From the NCBI GenBank assembly GCA_038087875.1, contig CM075998.1:4404001-4468000 (forward strand): a stretch of 64,000 bases of DNA, written 5' to 3'. Under the pieces are notes generated by a model. It saw only the letters and a list, made by a program, of their open reading frames with translations, ran no database searches and had not been told where the DNA came from. The position numbers and the translations under genes are program-made. The stretch's first letter is position 1, and each line of letters begins with the position of its first letter. The stretch comes from Malacoraja senta (Eukaryota). Of this stretch, positions 26,607 to 38,967 are shown one piece after another.

Positions 26607-29367
26607 CTTTGTATAATTCACCTCATTCTTCTGAACTTAGCAGGCCTAGTCTGCTTAATTTCTCCTCATGCAAATCCGCTACCAATCCTGGATTCATTCT
26701 GATAAACCTCTTTGTACACCTTTATCTCAAGTAGATTTTTAAAATCAGGGATGGAGATTGCATTTCTACCAAAATAGAAGACCTCTAATTTTTCCACTTT
26801 ACATTCCATCTGCGATGTTCTCACACATATCCCTCAAAGCTTCTTTCAATCCTCAATGAAGTGCCAGCTTTGTATCCTTAGAAAACTGGGGTATAATATG
26901 CTTGCTCCCGTCATCCAATTTCATTGATGTTGATTGAACTTTTGATCCCCAGCACCACTTACATTTTACACCCCACCTACCAAACTGACTCATTATCCCT
27001 CCCCAATCCTACTTTTTGCCAATCAACCAACCGACAAGGCAGATCATTACGTTATTCCAACTCAACACCACCCCCATAAAATTGCAACGTGCTCAAAATG
27101 TTGTTTCATAACCTCACGCGATAAATTATTGAAGCCCTTCATAAAGGGCAACTATTTCAATTGCTTCAATATTATTTTGTTAGGCACCACCTCAGCTAGC
27201 AGATTTGTCAAACATTTCCCTTTTCATAAATTTATATTGGCTCAAATAAATCACATTTTCCCCCAGAGTCCTCTTACCACACAGATTATAGGATTTTCCT
27301 CATCACTGCTTTCAGGCTAACTGGTGTGTAATTCCCAGGTTCTCTCACTCAGTCCTTCAACATTGAGACTACATTTGCTATCTTCCAGGCTGTGTTCGGT
27401 ATCCTCAAAACGGTTACATTTTGAAAGACAACAACCAGGGCACTGACATTGACAATATCATCATCACCCCTCATTGTTCTGAACTTTAGTAGGCCTAGTA
27501 TGTTTAATTTCTCCTCATACAAACCCCACACAAATAGCGGTGGGTGTTTGGAACGAGCTGCCAGAGGTGGTAGTTGAGGCAGGTACTATTGCAATGTTTA
27601 AGAACCATTTAGACAGTTACATGGATAGGACAGGTTTAGAGGGATACAAGCCAAACGCAGGCAGGTGAGACATGTAGATGGGACATGTTGGCCGGTGTGG
27701 ACAAGTTGGGCCAAAGGGCCTGTTTCCACGATGTAAGACTATGATCTTATGGTCTCTTTCAAAACACTGGTATGCAGGTGATCAAATCCTGGAGATTTCC
27801 ATCAGCTTCGAGTCCCATTAAATTCCCGAATGCTTTAAATTTTACTCATTTCTTTGAGCTTCTCATTCACTCCAAGCACATTGCTCACCATCACTTCCAG
27901 ATGGATTTGTTTTTTCAGTCTGTCAGTTCATCAGTTCTACCTCATTACCCACTTAACTGCTGGACTGGCAAGCTACTTGCTTACCACTGCAAATGAAAAA
28001 TGTGAGAAAAATCCAACAGTAAAATCTAAAATATATGAAATGAAATCATGTCCTTACTTTGGGCCTGCACTCCACAAGCTAAAACATCAGCTTTATAACC
28101 AAATTATTCTGCTTTGTTTTTAGCAGTATTTATTTCTCTCTCTTCTTCCCTCCTCCTGCCCCCCCCCACCCCCCCATGTTGCTGCAGAGTGTGAGATTTC
28201 ACAGATCTGTTTTGTCAGAAGAAAAATAGCAGCATCTTGGCGAGCATATCAAAATCTACTTAATATGGTTGATGGGAAAAACTTCTGTAAAAATTCTTGA
28301 AAGTATAAACATCTGGTCACTGGACTCTAAATATGGCCCAACTTAAAACAGTCCTCATCTTCCATTACTTAGTTTTACTTAATGTTGAACTATCAAAAGG
28401 CTGTAACTTTGTTTCAGCAGTTTCTGGATGCAAAGCACGTGCTGAAAAAAAGCACAAGAGCCAAGTTCACATCATCATAACATCACATGTAAAAGTAGAA
28501 GTGCAGCAGGTCCTGTTGTTATGGAAAGTTGGCAAATGCATTGGATCGGCATTCATGCACAACTTTTGAAGCTACCATATTTTTATGGATGCCAAAGCAA
28601 TTAAAACAGCAAACAAATTTGTGCTGTTGATACTACCTTAATCTTCACATCCATTTCAAAATCTAAATTAGCTGGGATTAGAAAGAAAAAAATACAAAGG
28701 AGCCAAGTTGATATAAACACAAGAACTGAGCAGGGAACAGCTTGCCCCTTTTTTGTCTGCTCCATGGTCACAGCTGATTTTTATCCTAGCACCACTTTTG
28801 ACTAACCAAGATTGATTTTAAATTAAAATTCCCTAACTGAAATCTCAGTCTTCAACATACTAGGTGACCAAGTATCCACAAAGTTCTGGAGCAGAAAATT
28901 CCAAAGATTCACTGCCCTCTAGGCGAACAAATTCCTAATTTTTTGCCTCAAGTGCACGTCTTTAAGATGGGATGCGACCCCCATCCCCGAGGTTGTGGTT
29001 AAACCAGCCAAGGGAAACGTCACCCCTACATTTACCTTATCAGGAATTCCGTAGGTTTCAACAAACCTAGTTTAGCATTCTTCTAAACTTTATATAAGCA
29101 GTCTGGATCCAATAATCCATCTGGTAAACCTCACTGCATTCCCTTAAAATAAAACCTTGTACACGATATTCTAGATGTCGTCTCACCAGGGCCACACACA
29201 ATTGAAGCAAAATGTTTTAACCAATGCTCCAATCGTCATGTATCTTTAGCAAATGGTATGTTTGCTTTTATTACAAGGAACTGCAGATGTTGGGTTACAA
29301 AAAAAGACACAAAATGGTACAGTGACTCAGCGGGTCAGGTAGCATCTTTGGAGAACATGGATAGGGT

Positions 29368-29395
29368 GACGTTTCAGGTCATGACCCTTCTTCAG
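29368..29395 (-). ncRNA. Putative minimal hammerhead ribozyme core, sense within intron 1
   Basis: Reverse complement CTGAAGA-A-GGGT(CATG)ACCT-GAAAC-GTC. Confidence 0.45.
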
Positions 29396-29438
29396 ATCAA
29401 TTTTGCTGCCCTGACTACCTGTTGGAGCTGCATGGTAA

Positions 29439-29643
29439 AGGGCCTGTCCCACTTTCACGACCTAATTCACGACCTTTTTTTACTCGTGGACATTTTTCAT
29501 CATGCTAGAAAAACGCCCCGACCTACTTGATGCCACAAGTGCCTACGACTAGCATCAGGACCTCCTACGACCTCGTGACAACCATGCTGCGAGTACGAGT
29601 CAAGGGCAAACTCGGCAGAGGTCGTGAAAGTGGGACAGGCCCT
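29439..29643. mobile_element. MITE, AGGGCCTGTCCCACT terminal family
   Basis: TIR agggcctgtcccactttcacgacct / aggtcgtgaaagtgggacaggccct; opposite-orientation copy at 44397-44623. Confidence 0.8.
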
Positions 29644-32600
29644 TTACTGTTAGCGAATCATATTAAGGACATCCAGGTCCCTCCAAGGGCTAACATCTTT
29701 CAAATGCTATATAATGGAGGATGGCAAGCGTTTGGCATATATCTTGAAAGCTTCAATGCAAAATTGATTCGTTTTGGGGAAGCCTTCCCTCACATAAAAT
29801 ATTAACTTTAACTCAAAACTTAAAATAGTCCTGCAAGAAAATTCAAGAGATTTGATAGAATGTTATGAGAAAGCTGGTTATTTTCATTTCTGGCCATTCA
29901 CTGGAACCACTGCAATGCACTCTTCAGCAGCTGTTTGTTATTGAAATACAAAATTCTATTGCACTATTATCCTCTCACTACACTACCAATTCAAGAACTG
30001 GACTAAGGACCACAAAAGTTTAAATCTCACCATAGCAAAAAGGGAAGTTAATTGAACAATGTGGAATACAAAGATGAGCAGCAAGTCTAAAAAGTTACCA
30101 CACAATTGTGAAAGCTTCAGATTACCCATGTTAGGGAAGGAAACCTGCAGCCCTTGCGCAAATGGACATCAATTCTTTCTCCCCTTCCCCCCACCACCAC
30201 CAAAATCTTGCAAATTTCCAAAAAAGAGAGATTAGATTAAGTTTGCTTCAATTGAGGTGTTCCCTCCCATTCAGCCTTAGGTGGCTGCCAGTTCTCGGAT
30301 CCAAATTCCTTTCACCACCCAGTTTATTGGGCGTCAACCAGTACACATACGATCCTTAGAAGGTGACTCAACTTCATTCATATGACCCCAGTCAACAGGA
30401 TATGGTTCAACAGTCCTTTGTTGTCACGTGTACCATTTAAGGTACAGTGCAATTCAATTTACCATACAGTCATACCAGAAAAAAGCAACAAGGCACACAC
30501 TACATAAAAGTTAACAAACATCCACCACAGGGGATTCCCCACTGTGATGGAAGGCAATAAAGTCTAATCTTCTTCCCTCTTTCTTCTCCCACGGTCTGGA
30601 CAGTCGAACCATCTGCAGCCGGATAAGCCCAATCCTTTCAAAATTCCACCCAGGTTCTTGCTCCCCACCATTGTACCTTTATTTCTTCTTCCAAACCCCC
30701 TTCTACTGCCACATGTGCCTTCTCAGGATTGGAAGATTCCCTCCATTTTCCTGGTTCGTTACTCTTTAAAACTAGTATATGTCCCAGTATTACCCAGATC
30801 TTAGTGACGAACATCACGGCATATCCCAAAATGAAAATGCACTTTGTTCCCCTTTGGCCATAATGTATAAAATTACTATTTGACAACAGATCCTTTCAGT
30901 CGATGTCATCTCACCGCCCCCCGCCCCCCCCACTTTGAAATATGAAACAGACATTACTCTAAACTTCCTGTATCCTTTGAACCAAATATTTACTGTTGAC
31001 TTTGTGCACATCACCTTATCTTTAAAACTATTATTTCTCCCTCCCTTTAGAGATTTTAAAGTTCTCGAGGCCCATAGGTCATTCTTTCAGCTAGTACCTG
31101 GCCTCAGGGCAGGGCAGCCTAGCCCAGCTTTTCCCCTTTGCGGTATTGTATCCGTGTCATATGAAGCGCTACAGTCATTTGGTAACTGCAGGGGATTGTT
31201 TTTTTCTTATTGAAAGATGTTAGAAAGAAAACGGCATCTCACATTTGGATGTTTGGGGGCCATCTAAGGCCGATGAGATTGAAGGCGCTGGGAAACAGCT
31301 GCCCTTGCGAATCCAGAACGTGACAAAAAGAAAAGACACAAAATGTTGCAGTCTCAGCATCATCTGAGTAACAGGTAGCATCGCTGGAGAGAAGGAATGG
31401 GTGACTTTTGGGTCGAGACCCTTCTTCAGACGCAAGTTAAGAATCTTGTGGGGTGGATGTGAAAAACACCAAACTAATCACAGTAGTCACACATTAATAT
31501 CAAATATGCTAGCCAAGAAACAGGACTTTATTTCTTTTACAATTCTATCCCGCAAGAACTTATTTGAATCTTGCTAAGTGATGACTCAAGTCTTTAAAAT
31601 AAGCTATTATGACAGCGTTTCCAGTTGCATGGATAATACAGGTCCACCACCAATTTTCTGGCAACTGCTGCTTTGGTGCAAAGTTAAATTGAGAAGTTTT
31701 GTAATGTGACTGCTACCTGGAAACAGTTCACATTTGGTGCAGTAGCTGGAGAGGACAAGCAACATTCCCAACACGTTCCTGTTGGCTTCTGGGCATACTC
31801 ACCCAAGACTTCATCTTGCAAATGTTTATTGTTGTGGCAATGGTAAAGTACCTAACCTAACCTAAAAGAGTTTCGTTTACTTTGAGAGGCTTAAAACAGA
31901 ATATTCCATCGAGGGATCTAATTGCACCAAAAGCCATGGTGGAATGTGAAGGCTGTTCTTGCCAATATTGGGTTGGTTAGAATTCTGTTGCCGTCCTTTA
32001 TTCACCATTTGCTGGTGCTTTGTTTGGTCTGTCAGGGGGACATGCAATCAGCATCCCACTGCTTTTCAAATCATTGGAACATAGAAAAGGAGTAATGGCG
32101 ATTTCATATTGACATGGAAGACAACCATTCAGCCCATCAAGTATATGCCAGCTCTCAGCATTCCCAATTCCATTCACCCATATTTTACTTGAAAATATTC
32201 TCAAGTTCCTCAACTGCCAGCATCCATCTACATTTTTACAGGGGACATTTAGAGTAGGCAATTAATCTACTAATCACACTTTTTTTGTGAGTAGGAGAAC
32301 ATCCAAACAGACTGGGTCACAAGGATAGCATCCAAGGATCAAACCTAGGACTAAAGGTGCAAGGCAGCAGCACTAACTGCTGCACCACTGTGCCTCCACA
32401 ATGATGAGGGATGTGGAAGTGGGAACCTGTTGTAACCAACCCCACACAATACTCCATATGCTGCCCAATGACAAAGTCTTCCTCTGGATCGGTGGAGCAG
32501 TACATAGCGGGTAGCCTATATCTACTAATCCAGACACCATTTCATTACTTCAGAAAGAGGACGAAGTAGTCATCTTTGTACAACATGAACTTTTAGATTT

Positions 32601-33724
32601 TAGTTATTTTAACTTTCCTGATCTGAAAAGTAGCCATTTAGCTGAAGTGTCAATCTATCTCACAATTACATAAAGCAATGGTCAGCAGATCAAGCCACAT
32701 GTGATTGCTTATAGAACTGGGTCGGTTTTAGTGTAAGCAAGGGTTGGGGGTGAAATCAAGGGTTTGATTTCTAGATGTCAGCAATGTGGCTACCTCACTT
32801 TATCTTACAAAGAAATGGCCCTCTTCAGCTTAACACCACAACCTTATCACTGTGCATCACCTTCACTACAAGAGATTTTTCTTGGTGTACAGTGAAGCAA
32901 GCAAAATTCTGTATTTTCAGCATGGCAATTAGATTTTCTGTTGTCAAGTGGTTGTGGTTTAATCACTCCAACGCCCATATCCTTGTGGTATGAAACACAG
33001 ACTTTAAAAAGGGTAGACCTCATTGGAGAAAACTTTACCTGTTAACTGCTTGGAGATGCAGAGATTACAGCATGGACAAAACAAAAGACCCAAGAAGCTC
33101 CCTGGAAATAATATGAACACCTACAGAAATACTAGTACTCTAGATGCTGCCTCACCCTCTGAGTTCCTCCAGCATTTTTGTCTACATGTGATCGCAGACT
33201 AGCAAATTAGAACGACATCTCCCCCGACTGATGTATACTTCAATCACTATGTATTAACATATTCTGCAGTCTGCAAATGAACATTGAATAACCTACAGCC
33301 AGTTTTTCCATACATTCCACCCTCCCCCATGCCCCACCTGGACTCACACCCATTTCTCCCCTTCCACCTATATTCCCTCTTCTGCCTTCACAATTCTCAT
33401 CTCTATCCTAATCTTACCTTTTTTCCTTTTTCATTGTAGGCCTTTGTCCAACCACCTGCCCATTAGCCCCTCCCACCTCACTTGTATCCACCTTTCAGTA
33501 GCCAGGCTTTGACCTGCCCCATCTCTTCCAGTTTTCTCGTCGCCCCTTCCCAATCAATCTGAACAAGGAACCCAACCTAAAGCATCACCTATCTATCTTT
33601 TCCAGAGGTACCATCCGATCTGCTGAGTTACTCCAGCACTGTCTTTTTTTTTGAAAAGCAGCATCTGCAGTTCCTTGTGTATGAAAGAACTGCAGATGCT
33701 GGTTTAAATGGGTCAGGCATTCTT

Positions 33725-33752
33725 CTGAAGAAGGGTCTCGACCTGAAACGTC
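33725..33752 (+). ncRNA. Putative minimal hammerhead ribozyme core
   Basis: CTGAAGA-A-GGGT(CTCG)ACCT-GAAAC-GTC; stem I is weak. Confidence 0.5.
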
Positions 33753-33869
33753 ACCCATTCCTTCTCTCCAGAGATGCTGCCTGACCCATTTAAACCAGCA
33801 TCTGCAGTTCTTTCCTCCAAAAGGAACTGCAGATGCTGCTTTTCAAAAAAAAAAGTGCTGGAGTAACTC

Positions 33870-33911
33870 AGTGGGTCTGAAGAAGGGTCTCAACCTGAAA
33901 CGTCACCCATT
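33870..33911 (+). ncRNA. Putative minimal type-I hammerhead ribozyme
   Basis: AGTGGGT-CTGAAGA-A-GGGT(CTCA)ACCT-GAAAC-GTC-ACCCATT: 7-bp stem I (one G-U), 4-bp stem II, CUGANGA and GAAA boxes, GUC triplet. Confidence 0.6.
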
Positions 33912-35239
33912 CCTTCTCTCCAGAGATGCTGCCTGACCCGTTGAGTTACTCCAGCATTTTGTGTCTGCAGTTCCTTGCATCTACATTGCCTGCTCATTAC
34001 TGCTAGCTTTGTTAAATCCAAAAGGCTGCACCAGTAACACTATATGGGCCCCAAAGCCTTTAAACTATCCAGAGGTAAAGGAATGAAGTTACTGCCAACG
34101 GTCAATGGTAAAATGCAGCCACTGGCTCTTTAATCCCCACTAAAATATGCTGCTAATACTTGCTCCCACGAAGTGATACCGACAGTGTTACATTCTCTCC
34201 TTTCCCCGCCCAAAGGGGAAGTAGTGGAAATTGAGTAAAATTTGCAGCACTACAGTGAAAGATATGGTGAAATGAGACTGATAAGATTGCTCCACCAGCA
34301 GCTGGCTGATATTTGATGGATCAAAAGGCCTCCTCCTGCACATGTATCGCAATTCCATGATCAATAGCCTGGAACAGTCTTAAATGCTTTCAACCAGGAC
34401 TGACATGATGAATGCAAACTAGCAGTTGACAGATTTAGTTAATTACAAGATCTGCTGTGGATGTATCCTGCACTAAGCCCAATGTGATAATCTAATTTGG
34501 TTCCAGTGTAACACAATCAAGCCCTGAATGAGGAGACCCAGCACAATTTAACCCATTTTATTTTGTATTCATTAATTCACCAAGTCAGTCCTGTCGATAG
34601 AGAGAATGCAAAACCAACTGACCTCATGGAAGGCAAAAATCTCCCCATGTCAAGATGCCTGTAGAGTGCAGCTGTAATTAAATTGGATCAACTGCTAATA
34701 CTGTGGCTATACGAGCAGGTCAGAAGCTGGATATGCTATTTGCAACACAGCAGCATTTTATGCCCTCCCCAACCAGCTTCTTCTTCTTCTTGCCTATGGC
34801 ATGCACCGCCTAAAGTTGTAGGACAACTTGTTCTATTTGATTGTGCACGCCAGGTTGATTGCATTCGTCGACACAGCCCTCACATGAAGGTTGCAATCTC
34901 CCACCCCTTCCAGCAAACTAGTTTTAGTACAGGCTCACAACATTTCTGCTTCACCAGAAGCATAACAAAAAACAAAATTCTGGATATCTCCCTAACAGTT
35001 TCCCTACGCTGTTAGAGGAGCATTCTCTAGGGGAGAATTCAAGATATAAGATACATTTATTTGTCACATTTGCCAGTTGGCACAGGGAAATGTGACCCGG
35101 TAACAGAAAAACTGTTACATATTACGGTTGATTTACCTCATGAATTCAAAAATCTCATAATCTGAAAATTTGGATAATTATTTCCCGAGTTTTTAACTAA
35201 AATTGTTTTAAAATATAACTGCTGCATGACATCACAATT

Positions 35240-35620
35240 CCTTTGATCCTCGCGACCAATTGCGCAGCCAGTTACGTGTATTGAAGCCCGTGAACACGCG
35301 ATCAAGTCGTCCAGCAGGATCCGCTATGCTCCTTGAAGTTCAACAACATGGCGGCGGCGGCGGTCGTTATTGCAGAAAGAACGAGCAAGTTCTGCAGATC
35401 CCGAGGTCACCGGCTTGCTTTTGAATCCTCTCCGTCTCCCCCGCCCGATCGTCTGTCACGCTGGTGAGTGCGCTGCCGGCCCTCCGCTGTTTTTCACAGT
35501 CCTCAGAGCGCTGCGGGTCTCGCTCTGGTCAACGACGCCCGCAGCCTACCTCGGGCCCAACTCCTGATGAGGAGGCTTGTGCTCTACGACTTCGGTAGCT
35601 GCTGCCTCTACCCCCTCCCC
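35240..35620 (+). promoter_or_regulatory. Second CpG-rich promoter-like region with a putative plus-strand first exon ending at donor CTG|GTGAGT (35463/35464)
   Basis: CCAAT at ~35256, YY1-like AACATGGCGGC at 35345-35355, consensus donor, high CpG density, not recognisable as a repeat. Confidence 0.55.
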
Positions 35621-36739
35621 GAGGCAGAGAAAGAGAAAGAGAGAGGGGGGTGGGGCGCTCACAGCCCTGCAGCAGGCCGTAGTGCCCACAGCCCTCACTC
35701 CCCCAGGGCTGAGTTATCTCCCCCTCCCCGCCATATCTCGCAATCCAACACTCAACCCGAGACCTCCTCTCTCCCCCCTTCCCTCTACCACCCTCCCCTC
35801 CTCCAACCCCCCCTCCCCTCCTCCAACCACCCCTCTCCGCTATCTCTCCCTCCCACTGGTGGGTATGGGGAGCAAAGGGTGGTGGCCATGATTGAGGATA
35901 GTTGTTGATCAGGGAGTTATAAATTGTGTCCAGACTTGCAGGCTGGATTACAAATGTATTTACTCATCTTGTAGGCATCCTAAATCTGGTGCTGCAGTGG
36001 CAAGATTTGCCCTGGGACTCTGATGGGCTTTCCACAAAACAATGTGGTCCGTATTTACACAGGGAACAGCATCAACCCATGCACTCTGATGCAGAAATCA
36101 CATCAGGTGGGTCAATGGAAGTCAGGTAGTGCTGCTGCTGCCCCACAGTTCCAGCAACCCAGGTTCAATCCTGGTGTTTGTCCACTCTCACAGACGAATC
36201 CAGGAAAAGGAGATTCGTTGATGGGCGTGAGAAATAGTGAATTGGTTACATGAAAAATTAGCAATGGAAATACCGAGATCCAGAATAGACTTAATGGACC
36301 ACATAGCCTCTCAAGTCAGAACATTTCTCAACTATACAAAAATGACAAAAATCTCAATGTGATTGAACTTCTATGGGTATTTTCATATAAATGTAGTAAT
36401 ATCTAGCTCTACTTCTTCACCAATTCTTTTAACTACAAAACAATTTTTCCAACCGTCTATTGCCCACAACTCACTTTTGGGAGAGTGTTTCAACCTCTCA
36501 CACTCTATTCCCTGTTACTGGTAAGCTGCTTGTCCCAGTGTCACCGAGAGCCTCAATTCCAGACTCGTGGACAGAACCATCATTTTCAGAATCCAGATTC
36601 AATAGTCCATAACCTTTCTCTCAATGTCAGTTTTTTTGTTTAGTTTATTGTCACGTGTACTGAGGTACAGTGAAAGATTTTGTTGCATGCTAACCAGTCA
36701 GCACACAACAAAACAGCTGGTGATCTTTACCCAAGAGCA

Positions 36740-37462
36740 AATATCACCAGCAACTTGTCCTGGACCACCCATATCGACACAATAGCCAAGATAGCACACT
36801 AATACTTCTACTTCCTTTTCTCCAGAGATGCTGTCTGACCTGCTGAGTTACTCCAGCTTTTTGTGTCTACCTCTACTTCCTTAGCAGGCTTAGGAAGTTC
36901 GGCATGTCCCCAACAAACCTCGCCAACTTCTACAGATACAAATTAAAAAGCATTTTATCCGGTTGTATCACAGTATGGTTTGGGAAGAGCTCCATCCAAG
37001 ATCACAAGAAGTTGCCGAGAGTTGTGGACGCAGCCCAGACCATTACACCTCTAACCTCCTTTCCATTGACTCCATTTACACCTCACACCGCCTCGGCAAG
37101 GCCAGCAGCATAATCAAGGACCAGTCTCACCCCGGTCACTCCCTCTTTTCCTCTCTCCCATCAGGCAAAAGGAATAGGTGTGAAAACACACACCAGATTC
37201 AGGGATAGTTTCTCCCCAGCTGTTATCAAGCAACTGAACCGTCCTCTCATCAGCTAGAGTGTGGTCCTACCTCCCATTTACCTTATTGAAGACCTTTGAA
37301 CTATATTTAATCGGACTTCCTCTTGCACAGAACGTTATTCCCTTTATCCTGTTCCAACTGTGGATGGCTCGATTGTAATCAATAATTGTCTTTCCGTTGA
37401 CTGGTTGGTACACAAAAACAGCTTTTCACTGTGCATGGTACAAGTATCAATAAACTAAACTA
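36740..37462 (+). mobile_element. Rex1/Babar-like LINE 3' end (degenerate)
   Basis: LANFYR...SILSGCITVWFG...; ASSIIKD-SHPGHSLF-LPSGKR; (aaact)n tail. Confidence 0.8.
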
Positions 37463-37695
37463 ACATATTCGGACACTCTTCAAGAAAATGGTGCAGTCTC
37501 AACCGAAAACATCAATCATCCCTATGCCTCCACAGAGGACCGGTGACCCACTGAGTTCCTCCCAGAGTTTTGTATTTCACTCCCACATTATTAGCTCAAT
37601 TAAATAATTTGACTGGCGGCCATTCTTACAGCTGCCTTACTAATGCCGGAGTAACTCAGCGGGACATGCAACATCTCTGGAGAGAAGAAATGGGC

Positions 37696-37723
37696 GACGT
37701 TTCGGGTCGAGATCCTTCTTCAG
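37696..37723 (-). ncRNA. Putative minimal hammerhead ribozyme core, sense within intron 1
   Basis: Reverse complement CTGAAGA-A-GGAT(CTCG)ACCC-GAAAC-GTC; one stem II mismatch. Confidence 0.4.
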
Positions 37724-38402
37724 ACTCTGGAATCCTTTCTAAAATTTAACGACCCAGTCTTTCGAGAATTTGTTCACCTCTTCCAATGCTACGCAGGCGA
37801 CTGTGAAACTTTGGCTGATAACTCATGCAGAACATCCTGGGACATTTTACTGCATAAAAAGTGTGGTATAAACACAAAACAGTCAACACCACAGGTGTCT
37901 CCCCCCCCCATCCCCATTTTTTAATGTTTTGCTTCAGTATTGGGGATGACTGCACTTTTCACCTTGCCATTTTGTACCTTGCCAGCTTCTTAATGGATTG
38001 CAAACAAAGAAAAGAAAACAACACCCTGACTTTTGATTTGTCCTTGCGATAAAACTCTTAAAGTCGCCGTAATAGTGCAGGCGATCCATTTCAAAGATTA
38101 GCCGAAACAATGACAGTAAAGGTCACAGAACATCAACATCGTGTCAACCTCAAGCAGGATTGCAAGAACTGAAGTGGAAAAGCGGCAGCACCCGGCGTAG
38201 CGTTTCTCGCCCTCCCGCGGTTACAATTGATGCTCCAGTACCAGGCATACAGTGGTTAAGTTGACCACAGATACCAATTGGGTGGGGAAGAGAAGGGAAG
38301 GAAGCCCCGAGAACGGATGCGCCTTATGTTTACGAAGCCTGAAAAAGATGTCCAAGAGGAGCGAACGGGCCGAAAGACGAGAAGCCCATCCTCCCCGTTT
38401 AC

Positions 38403-38601
38403 CTTTGGGGATGCGGCCGGTGCCTTGGCACGTCGGGCAGGTGACGCTATCCTTGCCAGTAAACTCCACATAAGGAAAGCGCGCTATGTCCTCCTGTCGG
38501 TCGTCGCTATCTCCCAGTAAATCCTCACCGTCGTCTCCATCGAGAGCCCGCTCTTTCCGCTGGCTGCCTTTACTAGCCCGCACTGACATCTGCAAACCCA
38601 T
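38403..38601 (-). CDS. TMEM106C: TMEM106C coding exon 1 (MGLQMS...[25 protein letters not shown]), 199 nt
   Basis: Has the TMEM106 signature [23 protein letters not shown] at 38601-38599; donor AAG|GTAAAC after 38403; phase 1. Confidence 0.93.
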
Positions 38602-38810
38602 CACTGCCGCCCGACGCAGGCCGCCGTTACTCACTCTCACACGCGCGCGCTCCTTTTCCCAGCGCAGGCACGCGAGCCACGCCCTGCCTCCCCGCGCGCG
38701 CGAGCTCCCGCCGGGGCGAGCGCCGCCCGCGCGCGTGACAACGCAACCTTCGGTGGGCGTCTTCAACTTGTGTCTTGAGGCGTTTCGAAGCCAGCGGCGA
38801 GTGGGCAGAA
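38602..38810 (-). promoter_or_regulatory. CpG-island promoter / 5' UTR of TMEM106C
   Basis: Very CpG-dense (gcgcgcgc, ccgcgcgcgcgag) directly upstream of the ATG in an otherwise CpG-poor window. Confidence 0.7.
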
Positions 38811-38967
38811 AAGGCCCTTCATTCAGTCATTTAAAAAAAAACTCATCTCCTTCTCCTTAGCCAGTTGCTCATGATAGTGGATGACTCGTTTCCACTTTCT
38901 GTCTGACAATAGACAATAGGTGCAGGAGTAGGCCATTCGGCCCTTTGAGCCAGCACCGTCATTCAAT

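Larger units (their letters stand above)
33290..33985 (+). mobile_element. Penelope-derived terminal-repeat cluster with nested inverted repeats and hammerhead motifs
   Basis: Repeated gctgagttactccagca / gcatctgcagttc modules in both orientations; two intact CTGAAGA...GAAACGTC cores. Confidence 0.75.

Noticed and set aside
38602..38766. N-terminal extension of ORF 38221-38766 as part of TMEM106C
   Set aside because: It starts at a non-ATG codon in GC-rich 5' sequence. Family-like sequence starts at the ATG at 38601, and the ORF portion past 38403 is intron.
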